Below are positions 23,746-34,552 of a DNA stretch of 64,000 bases, one piece after another (within the stretch, counting starts at the first letter, position 1; the number at the start of each line of letters is the position of its first letter). The notes beneath the pieces are model-generated. The model saw only the letters and a program-made list of their open reading frames with translations. It did not search any database and had not been told where the DNA came from. Made by a program: the position numbers and the translations under genes. The DNA comes from Prorocentrum cordatum (Eukaryota): positions 62,001-126,000 of the forward strand of contig CAUYUJ010000137.1 in the NCBI GenBank assembly GCA_963575745.1. The letters run 5' to 3'.

Positions 23746-25470
23746 TCACTTCTTGATGGAAGCGCTGTCGCTTTGGAACATGAGGCCTCTGGCTTCGCGG
23801 ATCTTCCTGATCATATTGCGCTGCTCGAGAGTGTTCTCGAACTGATTGTTGAGAATAGCGTTGGTACGGCTATCTTCTTTCTCGAAACGTTGTTTGCGTA
23901 GTTCTCCCATACCGTAGCGTATGTCTTCATAACCAGCTTCAGGCAAGAGAACGCAATCTTGACCGATCGGCGTGTCATTCTGTCTGAACCATTCCCTATA
24001 ATTGCCAAAAGAGAATGCCCACATCATGATGTCGTCGCGGATAATGGTCGGCAAATGCTCAAGAGTAGCGCCGCCCCTGTACTCCGCGCGGTTGAGGCAC
24101 GGCATAAATAGAGGTACAAGAGCAGTATGTGATGCATTGGCGAGGTCGGTTCTCTTCTGGGCAGCGTTGAGCTCGTCGATGCCGAAAGTAGGATACTTCT
24201 TGTGTGTTGCACTCTTGGCCCCTTTCTTGGGCTGCATGATCCATGTTGAGTCAGTATACAAGTTGGTCCATTTGTACGCGTGACCCGATGGCCCAAACGC
24301 ATGATGCAATAGTAGTCCCAAGTCCTCTTGTATGAGGGAGTGCCACCCATTGTCTGATAGTAGGGTAGAAACCAAGCGACCACCACAGAAGGCACTGTAT
24401 TTTGCGTGGTCCAGCTCAAATGGGTCAACATCATTACCAGGAGTAAGGCCAGGGTCATTCGAACCGATCTGGCCAGCGGCTTCGCCGAAGAAGTCGTTGC
24501 CCTCGTTGCATGGTGTCCAACGATAGGTACGTTCTGTATCATGTGGATCGTCCACTATCGCCACCCAACCATTCGGATGGTCGGATGGTGTTGCCACCGT
24601 CTTGGAGTTTGATCCGATACTTCCAAAGCCTCCGCGCGCAATCAGCCACGTAGTAAGCTTGCGGCGGAATTTGTTTGTTTGGTTAAGGTCGGAAAATGCT
24701 CTCATGTTGGTGACCAAGTTATCTTCAACAATATGGCCGATGTGTCCAGATGTATCCGATGTCCTGGCGATGCCAGGTGGACGAGTAGGTAACTTGGCCA
24801 TTGCGCGATCCATTTTAGGAGCATAGCATGGCGTTACCAATCCATTCTGGTATACATCGGATGGTGCACACAGACCATTGCTGTAGTATCTTTGCGTATC
24901 CGTAACGCTGTCCTCGGTGTATTGTCCCAGTACTGCACTGCCAATTTTGGACCAATCGTTGTGAATCATCATCCACTCCGTCTTCAGTATCATTGTCGTG
25001 AAGTTTTCTGGTGGACATTTGCGGTGCGATCCTGGGATCACCGCGTTCAAGTGATCATGTAGTCCACGAACACTTTCTTGTGCTGAAGGATTACGATTGA
25101 AAAGGCTGGAAATCATACACATAGCACGCATGAATGATAGCCACGGCGTAGCTGTGAACGTGTTGTGCTCGTAGTTGGCGTTGCCGCCGACGGATCCACT
25201 CTCGGCATTGGCCCATTTCTTAGCCTCGACGGACGCGAAGCGGGCAAGTTCACGAATAGAAGATTCGTCGGGTACGCGAAGATCGAACTCTCCGCTTCGA
25301 TCGGCACGCCGTTGATGTATGCATATGTAACCATCTTCGGGATCACGAGGACGACCAGTTTGAGCGTGGTACGCGAAGCCCACGCGGTCATCGTCCCTGG
25401 CGTTCGGGTCGTACTCCTTGTCGTAGCCGATGGGCCAGCCGACGAGGTTGAGCGGCTGTGCCTGATCCAT
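23746..25470 (-). CDS. Cargo ORF N-terminal segment (first ATG at 25470): unknown domain plus SGNH-like N-terminal half
   Basis: Long open frame; LYTDSTW and YRGGAT motifs; ends at an in-frame TGA (23746-23748). Confidence 0.7.
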   Translation of the reverse strand: MDQAQPLNLVGWPIGYDKEYDPNARDDDRVGFAYHAQTGRPRDPEDGYICIHQRRADRSGEFDLRVPDESSIRELARFASVEAKKWANAESGSVGGNANYEHNTFTATPWLSFMRAMCMISSLFNRNPSAQESVRGLHDHLNAVIPGSHRKCPPENFTTMILKTEWMMIHNDWSKIGSAVLGQYTEDSVTDTQRYYSNGLCAPSDVYQNGLVTPCYAPKMDRAMAKLPTRPPGIARTSDTSGHIGHIVEDNLVTNMRAFSDLNQTNKFRRKLTTWLIARGGFGSIGSNSKTVATPSDHPNGWVAIVDDPHDTERTYRWTPCNEGNDFFGEAAGQIGSNDPGLTPGNDVDPFELDHAKYSAFCGGRLVSTLLSDNGWHSLIQEDLGLLLHHAFGPSGHAYKWTNLYTDSTWIMQPKKGAKSATHKKYPTFGIDELNAAQKRTDLANASHTALVPLFMPCLNRAEYRGGATLEHLPTIIRDDIMMWAFSFGNYREWFRQNDTPIGQDCVLLPEAGYEDIRYGMGELRKQRFEKEDSRTNAILNNQFENTLEQRNMIRKIREARGLMFQSDSASIKK

Positions 25471-25504
25471 CTCGTGGATGGGGGGGTCGGGATTAGAACC
25501 GATC

Positions 25505-26809
25505 TCACTTATATTCGCCTCGCAAGCGGCGAACAAGATGCTTTGTAAGCTTTGCAGCTCGGGTCGTAAAATTGCTGCGGTATGAACGAATAATCAATGT
25601 CCTAACTCTCTCTGCATCTCGTGGAGGTGAGGGAAGATGGCGGGGGTGTCTACCGTGCGGTGAACGTGCGCGTGAACGAGGTGTGCGCGACGCAATATCT
25701 GCGGCTGGTACGCCAATGTGGTGCATGCATGCACATAGTCCCTCGTGGTTAGCTTGCCCAACACACTGAAATCCGCATTCTGATCCTACCTCGCCCCATC
25801 TTTCTTTTTCCGTCAACAATATCTTGCATATGTCTGGGCATCCATTCAATTTAGGAGGTTCCGTTTCATGAGGTAAGCCGTCGGGCCTCCGAGGCCCTCG
25901 TATCGGAGGACATTGTATCGGAGTAACGGGAAAGATAAGCGAGTGTTCCAAGAGATCCTTCCAAAGGTCTGCTTTCTTTGTCTCGAAATGTTTGGTCATC
26001 ATATCTGCGATCTGCTCTTTTGTTCCTACGTATTTAAGCTCGATGTGTTCAAGTTGGCATGTTTCGCATATCCAATCCAGATTGATACGATGAGTACGAT
26101 GAAGATGACGAAGTGCTGGTGTACGTCCCTTGTGGACAATTTTGATAACGGCCTGGTTATCCTCCAGGACGATAAGACGTACTTTGGGTGCACTGATCTC
26201 TGGAGCTGGCTCTGGATCCACGTGTAGTACAGTACCTTCATGGGATATCGTACGTCTCTTTGGAGTCGTAGGTAAATCCGTATTTAGCGGTAGTTGCCTA
26301 CGGCTAGGAGAAGATCCCCGTGTAGGCGGCGCCTTGCGAGGCGATGGTTTACGCTTCTTTTTGGCTGCCAATGTGGGACACATCGCCGGGTCGACGTGTC
26401 GATGGCAGCTCAGGCATGTAGTCTTCTCTTTGCATGTTTTGGCAACTCCCACCACGGCTTCCCAGAATGATAGTAGTGGTAACCCTTCCAGTCGTAGTGC
26501 GGAATCGAGAGCCACGATCTCAGATTCAGTAGATGAATGTGAAACAACCGTTTGTTTCTTACATACAGCGTTGACTGGAAAGAACGTATTGGGTCCAACA
26601 AGCGCAGCAAGAACGCCGGTAGTGGATTTGGATGATGTAATGCAGTCAGCGAACGAGGCGTCGGTAAAGAGCATGATGGATAACTTGTCGGACGAATCGC
26701 CTATCCATCCGTGTAAGCAATGTGTACGCGTCGTTTTGATGTAGCATATCAATCGATGTAGACGTTTGTCACATGTAGTATTCCATTTGGTAAGTTCCCT
26801 GGCCAACAT
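25505..26809 (-). CDS. Pol fragment: Ty1/Copia RNase H with an internal insertion and a Cys/His-rich C-terminal extension
   Basis: FTDASFAD..SSKSTTG, SHSSTESEIVAL, EDNQAVI, VGTKEQIADMMTK. Confidence 0.93.
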   Translation of the reverse strand: MLARELTKWNTTCDKRLHRLICYIKTTRTHCLHGWIGDSSDKLSIMLFTDASFADCITSSKSTTGVLAALVGPNTFFPVNAVCKKQTVVSHSSTESEIVALDSALRLEGLPLLSFWEAVVGVAKTCKEKTTCLSCHRHVDPAMCPTLAAKKKRKPSPRKAPPTRGSSPSRRQLPLNTDLPTTPKRRTISHEGTVLHVDPEPAPEISAPKVRLIVLEDNQAVIKIVHKGRTPALRHLHRTHRINLDWICETCQLEHIELKYVGTKEQIADMMTKHFETKKADLWKDLLEHSLIFPVTPIQCPPIRGPRRPDGLPHETEPPKLNGCPDICKILLTEKERWGEVGSECGFQCVGQANHEGLCACMHHIGVPAADIASRTPRSRARSPHGRHPRHLPSPPRDAERVRTLIIRSYRSNFTTRAAKLTKHLVRRLRGEYK

Positions 26810-28076
26810 ACATACCGGGATGTAGAAGATCGAAACGACAGCAACGTGCCAAGTACAGGATCTTCATTAGTACACTTGCCGCATCCTGGCCGAGGACGCC
26901 CTCGTCTGAATAGTCGGACTCAGTGAAGGAGGTGTCCTCGATGCCAGGGGTCTCTGCGTCGGGTAGGTCATGGTATGTGGCGGGTATGGTATTGGTAGAT
27001 GTCGTGTCGACCGATTTTGCTGGACTGGATGATCGCGGCCGTGCGTTGAGCACACTAGTGGGTCTGGCGACCGACCCGGAGGATGTTGGCGATTTGGATC
27101 GCGAAGCCCTCGGCGAGTCGGATCGTTTCCGACGTGACCCTGTTCCCTGGGCGCGCTTGGAGGCGCATTCCAGGCATCGCTCAATGCACTGATCTGTAAA
27201 ACCAAGCATATCATGTCGAATACCACGAACGTGTTTGGCCGTATTATAATCTTTTTCATTGTGTGCAGGTAGCATAGGGCGTATTGTGGACATTCTTTTG
27301 TCGAAGATGTTCTGCGGTACATCGTATGCTTGTTGTCCACAACCCAAGTATTGTGAGTATGGGGTAGGTGGATCCAAATCGATACCGCTTTTGCGAATAT
27401 AATCCCAACCAGTCTGTAGATTATGAGCTGGGCCGGCCAATTTAAAATCGTCCACATATACTGAAAGTATCAGTCCCAGTTTGTTGTGTCTCCATACGCA
27501 CTCCCATCCTGAAATAGGCTCGAAACCGACGCTTTCCAAGCATGTGCGGCATTTTCGTTCCCAAAAGACACCTGCGAGAGGGTGTCCGTATAGTGCCAAT
27601 CGCAATCGGCACACTGGGTTCTTGTATTTTGACCATGATGTCGGTTGTCGCCATTTGGGTATAGTAATCCAAGTATCAACTGGATCAATTCGTCCGTCGC
27701 CGTATAGTAATGCCTGCGTGTAGGCTCCAGGTGCGTCACTTTGCTCTCCCGCATATTGCGGCAATAACGCAGTAGCATCGCAAAGTTTGGAGGCCTCTAT
27801 ATGCGAAGCACTGGAAGCGGCGTCGGCGAATATGGCGGCCAAACCAGTTTCATCTTTGCCTGTATTGCCCTGAACCACCACTCTGCCCTTGAATTTACGT
27901 AGATCAGGAGGAAGATAACTCCAAGATGTTGAAGGAATGCACCTTTGTTCCATTGCGGATAGCTTGTGGCTCGATATCAGCTTTCTCTGCAACAGTCTCC
28001 AACATCCATGTTTGTTTCTTTTCCAATCTCTCGTATTATTTTCGTAAGGCTTCTTGTGCACGTGGTCATGCGGCAA
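26769..28076 (-). CDS. Pol fragment: Copia-type reverse transcriptase (N-terminus disrupted)
   Basis: KFKGRVVVQGN, QSDAPGAYTQA, LRLALYGHPLAG, LSVYVDDFKLAG, YLGC. Confidence 0.95.
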   Translation of the reverse strand: MPHDHVHKKPYENNTRDWKRNKHGCWRLLQRKLISSHKLSAMEQRCIPSTSWSYLPPDLRKFKGRVVVQGNTGKDETGLAAIFADAASSASHIEASKLCDATALLPQYAGEQSDAPGAYTQALLYGDGRIDPVDTWITIPKWRQPTSWSKYKNPVCRLRLALYGHPLAGVFWERKCRTCLESVGFEPISGWECVWRHNKLGLILSVYVDDFKLAGPAHNLQTGWDYIRKSGIDLDPPTPYSQYLGCGQQAYDVPQNIFDKRMSTIRPMLPAHNEKDYNTAKHVRGIRHDMLGFTDQCIERCLECASKRAQGTGSRRKRSDSPRASRSKSPTSSGSVARPTSVLNARPRSSSPAKSVDTTSTNTIPATYHDLPDAETPGIEDTSFTESDYSDEGVLGQDAASVLMKILYLARCCRFDLLHPGMYVGQGTYQMEYYM

Positions 28077-30453
28077 CTTCTTTCTTACTCAGGTTTCTGG
28101 TAACGAGTGCTGGGCGTGACCATGTCGAATCTGGTATTTTATCTCTGTGTGCCGGCGTGTAGTTGGTCTCACGTGGCATGGTTGGTATTACTACCGACTG
28201 GGTGAACTTGCGTATAAGCGGGTTCAAAGTCCCAAAGTCGGTTCCCTCATTATCCACAAATACCAAAGCACGTTCTTCTCCATCATGCTGTTGTGGTAGT
28301 TGACGGTAGTATAGTACCGTAGTAATGTCACGTGGCCCACCAGGTAATTTGGCATACAGTATTTCTTTGTCTGTCACGCCTTTGACGTTCTCGTCGCGGA
28401 TGACGTCGCCATTGTCAGTGTCGTATGTAATCCGTCGTTCCACAGTATTCCAGGTTGGTCCGCCTGATGTAGTAGTGCGGAAATTGTTGACCTGTTTATC
28501 CTGCCTTGTCCACACTTTTAGTGCGGCGCGATCACGAATTTCTCGAGCTCGTTTAACGTCGTTGGCGCAATCGATCTCTTTCTTTTGCTGTCCACGAGAA
28601 AGTGTTTTCCAATGCTCGGGAAGAACGTGATCAAGACGTGTAGTAGTCTGCATGCGTGTCTCACGTCCACGAACCACCATTTTACCGTCTGGCGTTATTT
28701 TTGGAAGCTCATAGAACTGAATCGTGCCTGTCCATGGCTCACTTAACTCCCTGTGGTCGTTGGCGCTAACACCATCCCAAACGTCTCTGAAGTTACTTTC
28801 TCCCTCAAAAGTAGAAGTCGTTTTGAAATCTCGTGTCACATCGAGTTGGTCAACAGGTACAAGTATGTTCATGACGTCGTCCGTCGGGATGAACAGTTTC
28901 CTTCTTGGAGTACGGATATGTCTGATGACGCAATATCCACGCTGTTCCCAGTAGTCTGGCTCCGGCGCTGGTGCAGCAACTTCAGAGGCCGATGTCTGGA
29001 TATTAACAGCGTTGTCCTCCGTTGTCATCGTAGATGGATCATCCCATTCTTTGGGGTAGGAAAGTGGAGGGTCAGGCATTAAGGGGCGAGAAGTGGATGC
29101 CTTCACCTCGTCGTGTGCCTCAGGGTCATGATGTCGTAGGGTACCATCTTTGACGGGGTAGGTGAACTTGCCATCAGGGATGATGATGTCTTTGACTCTG
29201 TGCACATGACACAGTTCACCATCAGGGTTCTTGGCGTATGTAGCCGTGTCCAAGACAAGGTAGTCTCCTGACCATCGTCCACCGGAGTGTAAGTGGTATC
29301 CCATGAATAACCCTTCCCGAGTATTTTCTTTAAACTTTGCAGTCTCGTTGTTAATCTCGGGGTTGAGGCATTTCCAAAAGATCCGAGCACCGAATGGTAT
29401 GCAGTGCCCAGGAAAGCTTTCGCCAAATCTTATTTCATGAGCTGTCTTTTCTGCATGCTCCTCGTTGAGGGCGGCAACGCCCGTGGATGTATGCACAAAA
29501 TTGTGTCCACAGCAAAAGGCTTGCATGGCCTCTTTCCACCATTCGTGTCCCAGACCAGACATATGTAACACAGCTCTGGTACCGAGAATGTCAATTTTGA
29601 CAACGCGCTCAATCAATCCATTCGTCTGTGGACGATGTGGCGTACTCGTGTCGTGTCTCCATCCCAGTTGGCGGCAAGCTTTCTGAAGCTCTCCAGAGTT
29701 ATCTGTATAGATATGCTTCACCTCATCGTTCGCGGCGATGAACTGTTGAAAGGATGCCTTTGTGGTAGCTGCGTCTTTGCGAAGCGCTGGGTAGGCCGTG
29801 AAGATGCCAGTATATGTGTCAAGGACAACAAGTGCATATTTGTCGCCATGTTTGTCCGCGGCATCGTCTTTGGCCAGTACTACATGGTCGGCAGTTAGAG
29901 CCTCGCCGAACTTCTTCGGGACAAAAGTCTCGTAGGCGTTATCCTCGTCGGTGGGGTCTGCCGGTGGATGTGGTTTGCGCTGTCGTCTACACGGGGCATT
30001 CTGTGCCATCGTACGGGAACAGATCTCACAGTCAGGGTGTTTTGGGCTGTGGGTCATGTAATGCATCGGGTCGATCGGTTTCTTTTGCCTGTTGGGTAGA
30101 ACTCGATCGTTGTCGTGATGCGTTCGTGTATGTGTCTCTGTCGGTATGTCGCTATCTGCTTGAGCTATATCTAACCCCCCGCATTGTGGAAGAGAACACT
30201 GCGTCTGAGACGTAGGCGAGTCGGTGGTTGTGTCCACGTTGGGCTCGTCTGTGCTTGTGTCGGGAGGTTCTTCGACCGTGATGGTCCGTGCTCCTCCTCC
30301 CTCTCCGACATGTGGTCTCTTGGGGCAGGTCCCTATGTGGGGCCGTAGCTCGTCTGCAGTGGTCGGTTGCTCTGTAGTTTTGCAGCACCAACAAGTGTCG
30401 TTACAGCGGGCGGATGAACGCTTTCGCTGACGACGGCGGGGTGCGAAGTGCAT
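28066..30453 (-). CDS. Pol fragment: integrase (HHCC plus DDE core) with a long C-terminal extension
   Basis: HYMTHSPKHPDCEIC, TADHVV, VVLDTYT, YTDNSGEL, STPHRPQTNGLIERVV; ends at a premature TGA. Confidence 0.95.
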   Translation of the reverse strand: MHFAPRRRQRKRSSARCNDTCWCCKTTEQPTTADELRPHIGTCPKRPHVGEGGGARTITVEEPPDTSTDEPNVDTTTDSPTSQTQCSLPQCGGLDIAQADSDIPTETHTRTHHDNDRVLPNRQKKPIDPMHYMTHSPKHPDCEICSRTMAQNAPCRRQRKPHPPADPTDEDNAYETFVPKKFGEALTADHVVLAKDDAADKHGDKYALVVLDTYTGIFTAYPALRKDAATTKASFQQFIAANDEVKHIYTDNSGELQKACRQLGWRHDTSTPHRPQTNGLIERVVKIDILGTRAVLHMSGLGHEWWKEAMQAFCCGHNFVHTSTGVAALNEEHAEKTAHEIRFGESFPGHCIPFGARIFWKCLNPEINNETAKFKENTREGLFMGYHLHSGGRWSGDYLVLDTATYAKNPDGELCHVHRVKDIIIPDGKFTYPVKDGTLRHHDPEAHDEVKASTSRPLMPDPPLSYPKEWDDPSTMTTEDNAVNIQTSASEVAAPAPEPDYWEQRGYCVIRHIRTPRRKLFIPTDDVMNILVPVDQLDVTRDFKTTSTFEGESNFRDVWDGVSANDHRELSEPWTGTIQFYELPKITPDGKMVVRGRETRMQTTTRLDHVLPEHWKTLSRGQQKKEIDCANDVKRAREIRDRAALKVWTRQDKQVNNFRTTTSGGPTWNTVERRITYDTDNGDVIRDENVKGVTDKEILYAKLPGGPRDITTVLYYRQLPQQHDGEERALVFVDNEGTDFGTLNPLIRKFTQSVVIPTMPRETNYTPAHRDKIPDSTWSRPALVTRNLSKKEVAA

Positions 30454-31860
30454 AAACGTGGTGGTGGTATCAGTGTTAAGTCGTCGAGTCGTAACTCTGG
30501 CACTCGATTGTTGACTGGAATATTATACCATTGGCCCCCCGGATCCTGAAGCATGTAGCCCAGCTCAGGATCCCAAAGCTGTCGAAAGCCATCAACCTCA
30601 ATCAATTTTCCAACTGATAGCAATGATGGGCAGTCTGGTAAAGCAAGGGCTGAACTATGCAGTCCAACCTCGGGTAGCCGTATGTCGTAGTGCTCGTTAA
30701 CGGTACGATCACCATTTGCAGTTTCCAGAATATGTTCTTCGCGAATAGATATGCGATCCGACTCGGTCTGCGTAAGTTCATGTTTTCCCTGAATATGATG
30801 GGCAGAACCACTGTCGAGAACCCAAGACCTTGTCAATGCTGCAGTCGAACGTGGAGGGTCAACTTGCTTTGTCGTTGTCGTCGTCTGGTAAGTCTTTGAT
30901 GACTGCTTGACAGTGTCGTCATACTTTCGGATCGCAGTTGGTGTGGCCACCGACTCTTTGTTGTGTCGGTAGTCATATAGTTCGTCGTACCAGAGTTGTG
31001 CCTCCTTTTGACATTCTCGTAAGGCATCTGCACTGTCATCCCACCATTTTTGTGGTAATGGATCTGGTACTTTGACGATGTCACCCTCGTTCGGCAGCTC
31101 TTTCCATCTGTCCAGTCTGGCTCTGCCAGATATGGTATGGAAGTAGTAGTCCACGCTGCGCACGTCGAAGCGTATCCGGCGACGTGTCTTGGTAGATGTC
31201 GCTGTGGCCTTAGTGTTGGCCATGAAGGTCTTGTCACGGATGACGTAACTGCGGTCTGAACGGCGTGAACGTCTAAAGTTGGCAGGAGAACGTGCTCTAG
31301 TGTTGGGAGAACCACGGAACGATCCGCGGCTCGGATACCGTTTGCCACGTCCTTTGTCACTACCATATGATCTATCACGGCCGCGTGGACTGCCGCGTCC
31401 GCCGCCACGATTGTCTCGTCCTCGGGAGGTAGATCTCGAAGATCTGTCGTAACGACTTCTCGATTGGCTGCGAGAGTCTTGGGACCTCCTGGATGTCGAA
31501 CGGGATCGGTCGTATTGGCGTCGGTTGTCACGTCCCTGTCGTGAATCGCTTGCGTAGCGAAACCCCCCGCGTTGTGAAGACCGTTGGCTTCCTGATCCGC
31601 GGGATGGTGATCGGCCACGGCTGTCCTGGCTGGAAGTCCGTGGTCGACTCGGGCTTCGTTCAGGAGTCTTTGCACCAGGTGCAAGATGAGCGTATTTGCA
31701 TGTGTCGCCTTTTGTGCACTTGTTCTGTGCGAAATCTTTGCACTGTGCGACGTGTGGGAAGTTACACTTATCACCTCTGGTACATGTGTTGCGCTTGGCG
31801 AAATCGAAGCAGAATGGTTTCGATGCTGGCTTCTTGTGATTCGCAGGAGTGGACATACTA
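30333..31860 (-). CDS. Gag-Pol fragment: two CCCH zinc fingers, Arg/Ser-rich region, aspartic protease
   Basis: CFDFAKRNTCTRGDKCNFPH, CKDFAQNKCTKGDTCKYAH; WVLDSGSAHHI, LETANG, PSLLSVGKL. Confidence 0.9.
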
Positions 31861-34552
31861 CGGCGGGGGGTTGCCACCAGCCGTTGATGTTCTGGAAGGT
31901 TTGTTGTTCTTCCAACCCCTGGAATATGTATGTAAAGCCTTGCACCGTTCACCGTTGCGACAACTGCCTTTCTTCCATGCAGCGCACACGTTGACCTGAG
32001 ACCGTGTCTCATGTTCGTACCGTAGCTTGTTTTGATTCTTCTCCAATTTTTTAATCTCCAGTATGTCCAGGACACGCTGCCGAAGCCAGCCGTAGGTACG
32101 ATTCGGGTCGCTCATCTTCATGCGCTGGTACTCGTACATGTCTTGTTTCATCCATGCATGTCTACGAATCTGTGTGCGAAATAGCGATTCCAATATCTTT
32201 GGATCGGGTACTTCTCGGCATTCCAAGAGTAAGGCGTCCCAATCGGTAATGAAACGTTGCAAATCTTCATCTCTCATCCTCAGTTCTTTAAGGCGCTCGA
32301 AATCGTGCAGGTCGTCGTCAACGTCTGTCACTTTGTAGGACTGCAGGATATGCCAGTAGATTTGGCGTCCTTTGAGCATGCGTCCTGCTTTGTGCTCTCT
32401 GGTCTCGATGAGCCTGATTTGGTAGCGTAAGTCTGAGAATAAGATGTCGCTCAGAGCGGTTGCGAGTTTGCAATCGATGCTCTCAAAGTCTCCACTGTCT
32501 TGTAAATCCTCGAATGTACATTCGGGCTGTTCTGCCACGCATAGGAAGGCGTATGCTTTGGATGGTCGCCCTGAAGCGGCCCCGAAGTTCTTCCGCACTC
32601 TTTGCTGCCACTCCAGCAGCTGCGTGATCTTAGGCAAGACAGGTACTCGGACGGTGTCTGACTCCTTGATAGGAGTCGTTGTATGGACCGACACCGCAGA
32701 CACTGGTTGTGAGGGTATCGGTGCACCGTCGGTGGTTGGTTCTGTGCGCACAGGAGACACATGACGTGTCTGTGCAGAAGCTGCCGCGGAGGCTGCTCCT
32801 GGGAACGTACGTCGTTGTTGTCCTGCTGAAGCTTGTGGTGCTTCGGCGGACGCTGCCGTCGGCCTGTGCGGAGCGGCTGCAGGTCGAAGGTGGATGTTGG
32901 TGTCGTTAGTGTGGTCGATCAGCTGATTCGTCCAGCTCGTCATGTCTTCTTGTATTTGACCCACCTCTTGGCGTGTATACTCATCAGTATCCCGAGAACG
33001 TTGTGAATACCGATCAAGTCGATGCTCGTATGCTCGGAGACGGGCGCTTTGTGCCTCCATCTCGCTTTCCAGACGTGCGAGGTAACTCTCTACACGTACC
33101 TTCTCAGTATCTCTTTCATGAATAACCTGGGAGAGCTCTAACTGCGTGTGGTCCGCCGCCTTCTCAACCTCCTGCAACCTGTCAGTGAGGCGGGCGAAAT
33201 CGTAAACCGTGGGAGGAGAATCCAGCTGATCAGTCTGGGCTCGTCCGACACGCAACTCTGCCAGGGCGTCCTGTACACCAGGAAAACGCTGCTCTATGTC
33301 AGAGATCCGGTTAGCGAGTGGCTGCACGACAGCGTTGGTCGCATCAAGCCTTTGAGTGATGACTCTCTCAGTACGCTGCAACATGTCGATCAGGTTCGAC
33401 GAGTTGGTGTGTGCTTCGGTACGAAGCGTCGCCGTAGTGTGGTCTAGATAAGATCGAAGATCATTGATCTGAGACTGAACGTCGCCAAGGTCTGTGGCCT
33501 CGGTTGGAGTTGGTCGGTTGCGGAGCTGGTCGTGGATCTCATCATGTAAAATCCTGACTGCTGAAACGCCTGTGTCGCGTACGAGCACAAGCTGTTGCTC
33601 CATCTGCGCGAGGTAGTTGCGCAGGTTCTCGACCATCGCCGTTCGTTCACCTGAGTGTGACACCTCACGATCAACCTGGTACTGCAGTTCTCCTATGATG
33701 CGTCGATCTTCGGCGATCCTGGAATCGATGATCCCTAAGGCGCCGTCAAGATCGCGGCGTATGGCTGCAGTATCGGTGGCGTTCGTCTGAACGCTCTGTA
33801 GTAGTCCAGAGTATTGGCTGGACACGAAGGTTTCAACCTGGTCTCTGAGCTCAGCTATGTCACCTGCGGCGGACGTCTCCGCCAGCTGGTCGTCTGAGAT
33901 GGAGAGGTGGGGAGCGTCAGCTTCCCTGTGTCCCCTGTCGCGGGGAGTACATGGCCTCTGAGAGGCAGTGCGCGGGCTCGACCTGCTTTCGCCGCATGGG
34001 CCTGGGGCTCCACGGCGGTTGCGCGCGGACGAGCTGCGACTCGGACCATGTGTGTGTGGTGTCTCATCCGATGATACCTTGGGGTACCGCGTCTGCGGCT
34101 GTGCCGACACTGGTCTACTGAGTTCCTCGAAGGTAGCTACGTGCTCCGCCACAGGGGCGGTCGCAGGGCTGGGGGTCCCAGCGCCTGAGGTCCATCGGCG
34201 GTTAGCGCGAAAGCGCCCTGGAGTATCGAGACCAGTAAGGCTTTCGCCTGACGCGGTTGGGATTGCTCCCGACGGGGAAGGGGAGGGAGGATCGAAGGTC
34301 GGCGTGTGAAACTCCTTCCTTCCTGTTCCTACTCCTTCTCCTGTCCCCCCGCGGGCGGCGCTGCGGCGAAGTTCAGCAGCTAGTCGCGCCTCGGGTCCTT
34401 CGGGAGCTGGGGGGGTGGGGGGGGTTATCTGGAACACCAACACAGTCCGCATTAATGCTCTCCAACTCGTCACCGAGCCGTCGGGCCGTGGGAGAGCTCG
34501 GACGCGAAGGGCCGATGGAACCCTTGCGGCGCATGCGCCGAAGTGGCTCCAT
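31858..34552 (-). CDS. Gag (long coiled-coil N-terminus, capsid-like core, first CCCH finger); probable start ATG at 34552 with a frameshift in the C-runs near 34410
   Basis: 871-aa open frame directly downstream of the PBS; heptad-rich middle; GRMLKGRQIYW; CAAWKKGSCRNGERCKALH. Confidence 0.85.

Noticed and set aside
17786..25470. Cargo ORF as a retroviral-type env gene
   Set aside because: It occupies the env position, but no signal peptide, fusion peptide or transmembrane anchor is evident, and enzymatic motifs are present instead.
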